From contig OW569380.1 of assembly GCA_937625935.1 (NCBI GenBank), positions 62,001 through 126,000 of the forward strand: a DNA stretch of 64,000 nucleotides, written 5' to 3'. Numbering within the stretch: the first letter of the stretch is position 1; each line of letters opens with the position of its first letter. The DNA is from Tetramitus jugosus (lineage: Eukaryota > Protista > Heterolobosea). Shown piece by piece: positions 63,731-64,000 of this stretch. The position numbers and the translations under genes are program-made. The notes under the pieces are model-generated. The model was not told the DNA's origin. It worked only from the letters and a program-made list of their open reading frames with translations, and did not search any database.

Positions 63731-64000
63731 GCACAACTCTCAAAGTTGTATGGTACAACATCAGAGGATTAGGAAGGAAACGGAATGATGTTGTTGCCAT
63801 GATGAGTCGGTCCCTAGGATCGATGTTTTGATGCTGCAAGAGGCTAGTTGCAAGAACGAGAAGGTCAAGTTGGCTTTCGAAAAGCAGTTGGAGTATGCTG
63901 GGTGTGCGTTGATACACACCAACGCAGTTGACAGGGTGATGAGTATTATCAGAAGAGATAGTATACATGAGTACCGAACGCTGGTGACGAACAATAGATT
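63727..64000 (+). pseudogene. LINE ORF2 apurinic-like endonuclease N-terminus with 1-nt frameshift near 63805
   Basis: VVWYNIRGL, then IDVLMLQEA in the -1 frame. Confidence 0.78.

Larger units (their letters stand above)
62690..64000 (+). mobile_element. Non-LTR retrotransposon (LINE), 5' part, head-to-head with tRNA-Cys
   Basis: ORF1 plus ATGA-overlapping ORF2 with APE motifs; exact 5' end not defined. Confidence 0.82.

Overview
Gene-dense eukaryotic protist DNA in the standard code, with short GT(A/G)NGT..AG introns, CAA-rich leaders and poly-Q/N proteins. It looks heterolobosean (Naegleria-like), which is an inference. Bases 1 to ~9615 are the right-hand part of an endogenous dsDNA virus of Polinton-like / small Nucleocytoviricota-related type. 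It is AT-rich and intronless, with an A32/FtsK packaging ATPase, a penton-like minor capsid protein, a DUF5767-like protein, a membrane protein, basic core proteins (one a 49-aa HMG/YABBY-like ORF missing from the ORF track) and a phage-like fiber. The element has its own expression grammar: TA(3-5)TG starts and a palindromic hairpin after almost every transcription unit (a Mimivirus/virophage-style hairpin rule). It also has a non-coding hub with inverted iterons and a multi-stem structured region. No major capsid, polymerase or integrase gene is visible; they may lie left of the window. The rest is host genes: lipase, arrestin, NTase-ligase fusion, cytochrome b561, F-box/Tubby, ZNF207, EEF2KMT-like, dynamin, NPC1-N, Afi1/DENN, Vti1, F-box/LRR, DUF4139, VPS50, MATH and a beta-barrel. 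It also holds tRNA-His, an intron-containing tRNA-Cys, a dead PIF/Harbinger transposase, a second decayed viral relic (RuvC/A22-like resolvase), and a LINE inserted head-to-head just upstream of tRNA-Cys like Dictyostelium TRE5. All family calls come from motif recognition by eye, not database searches.
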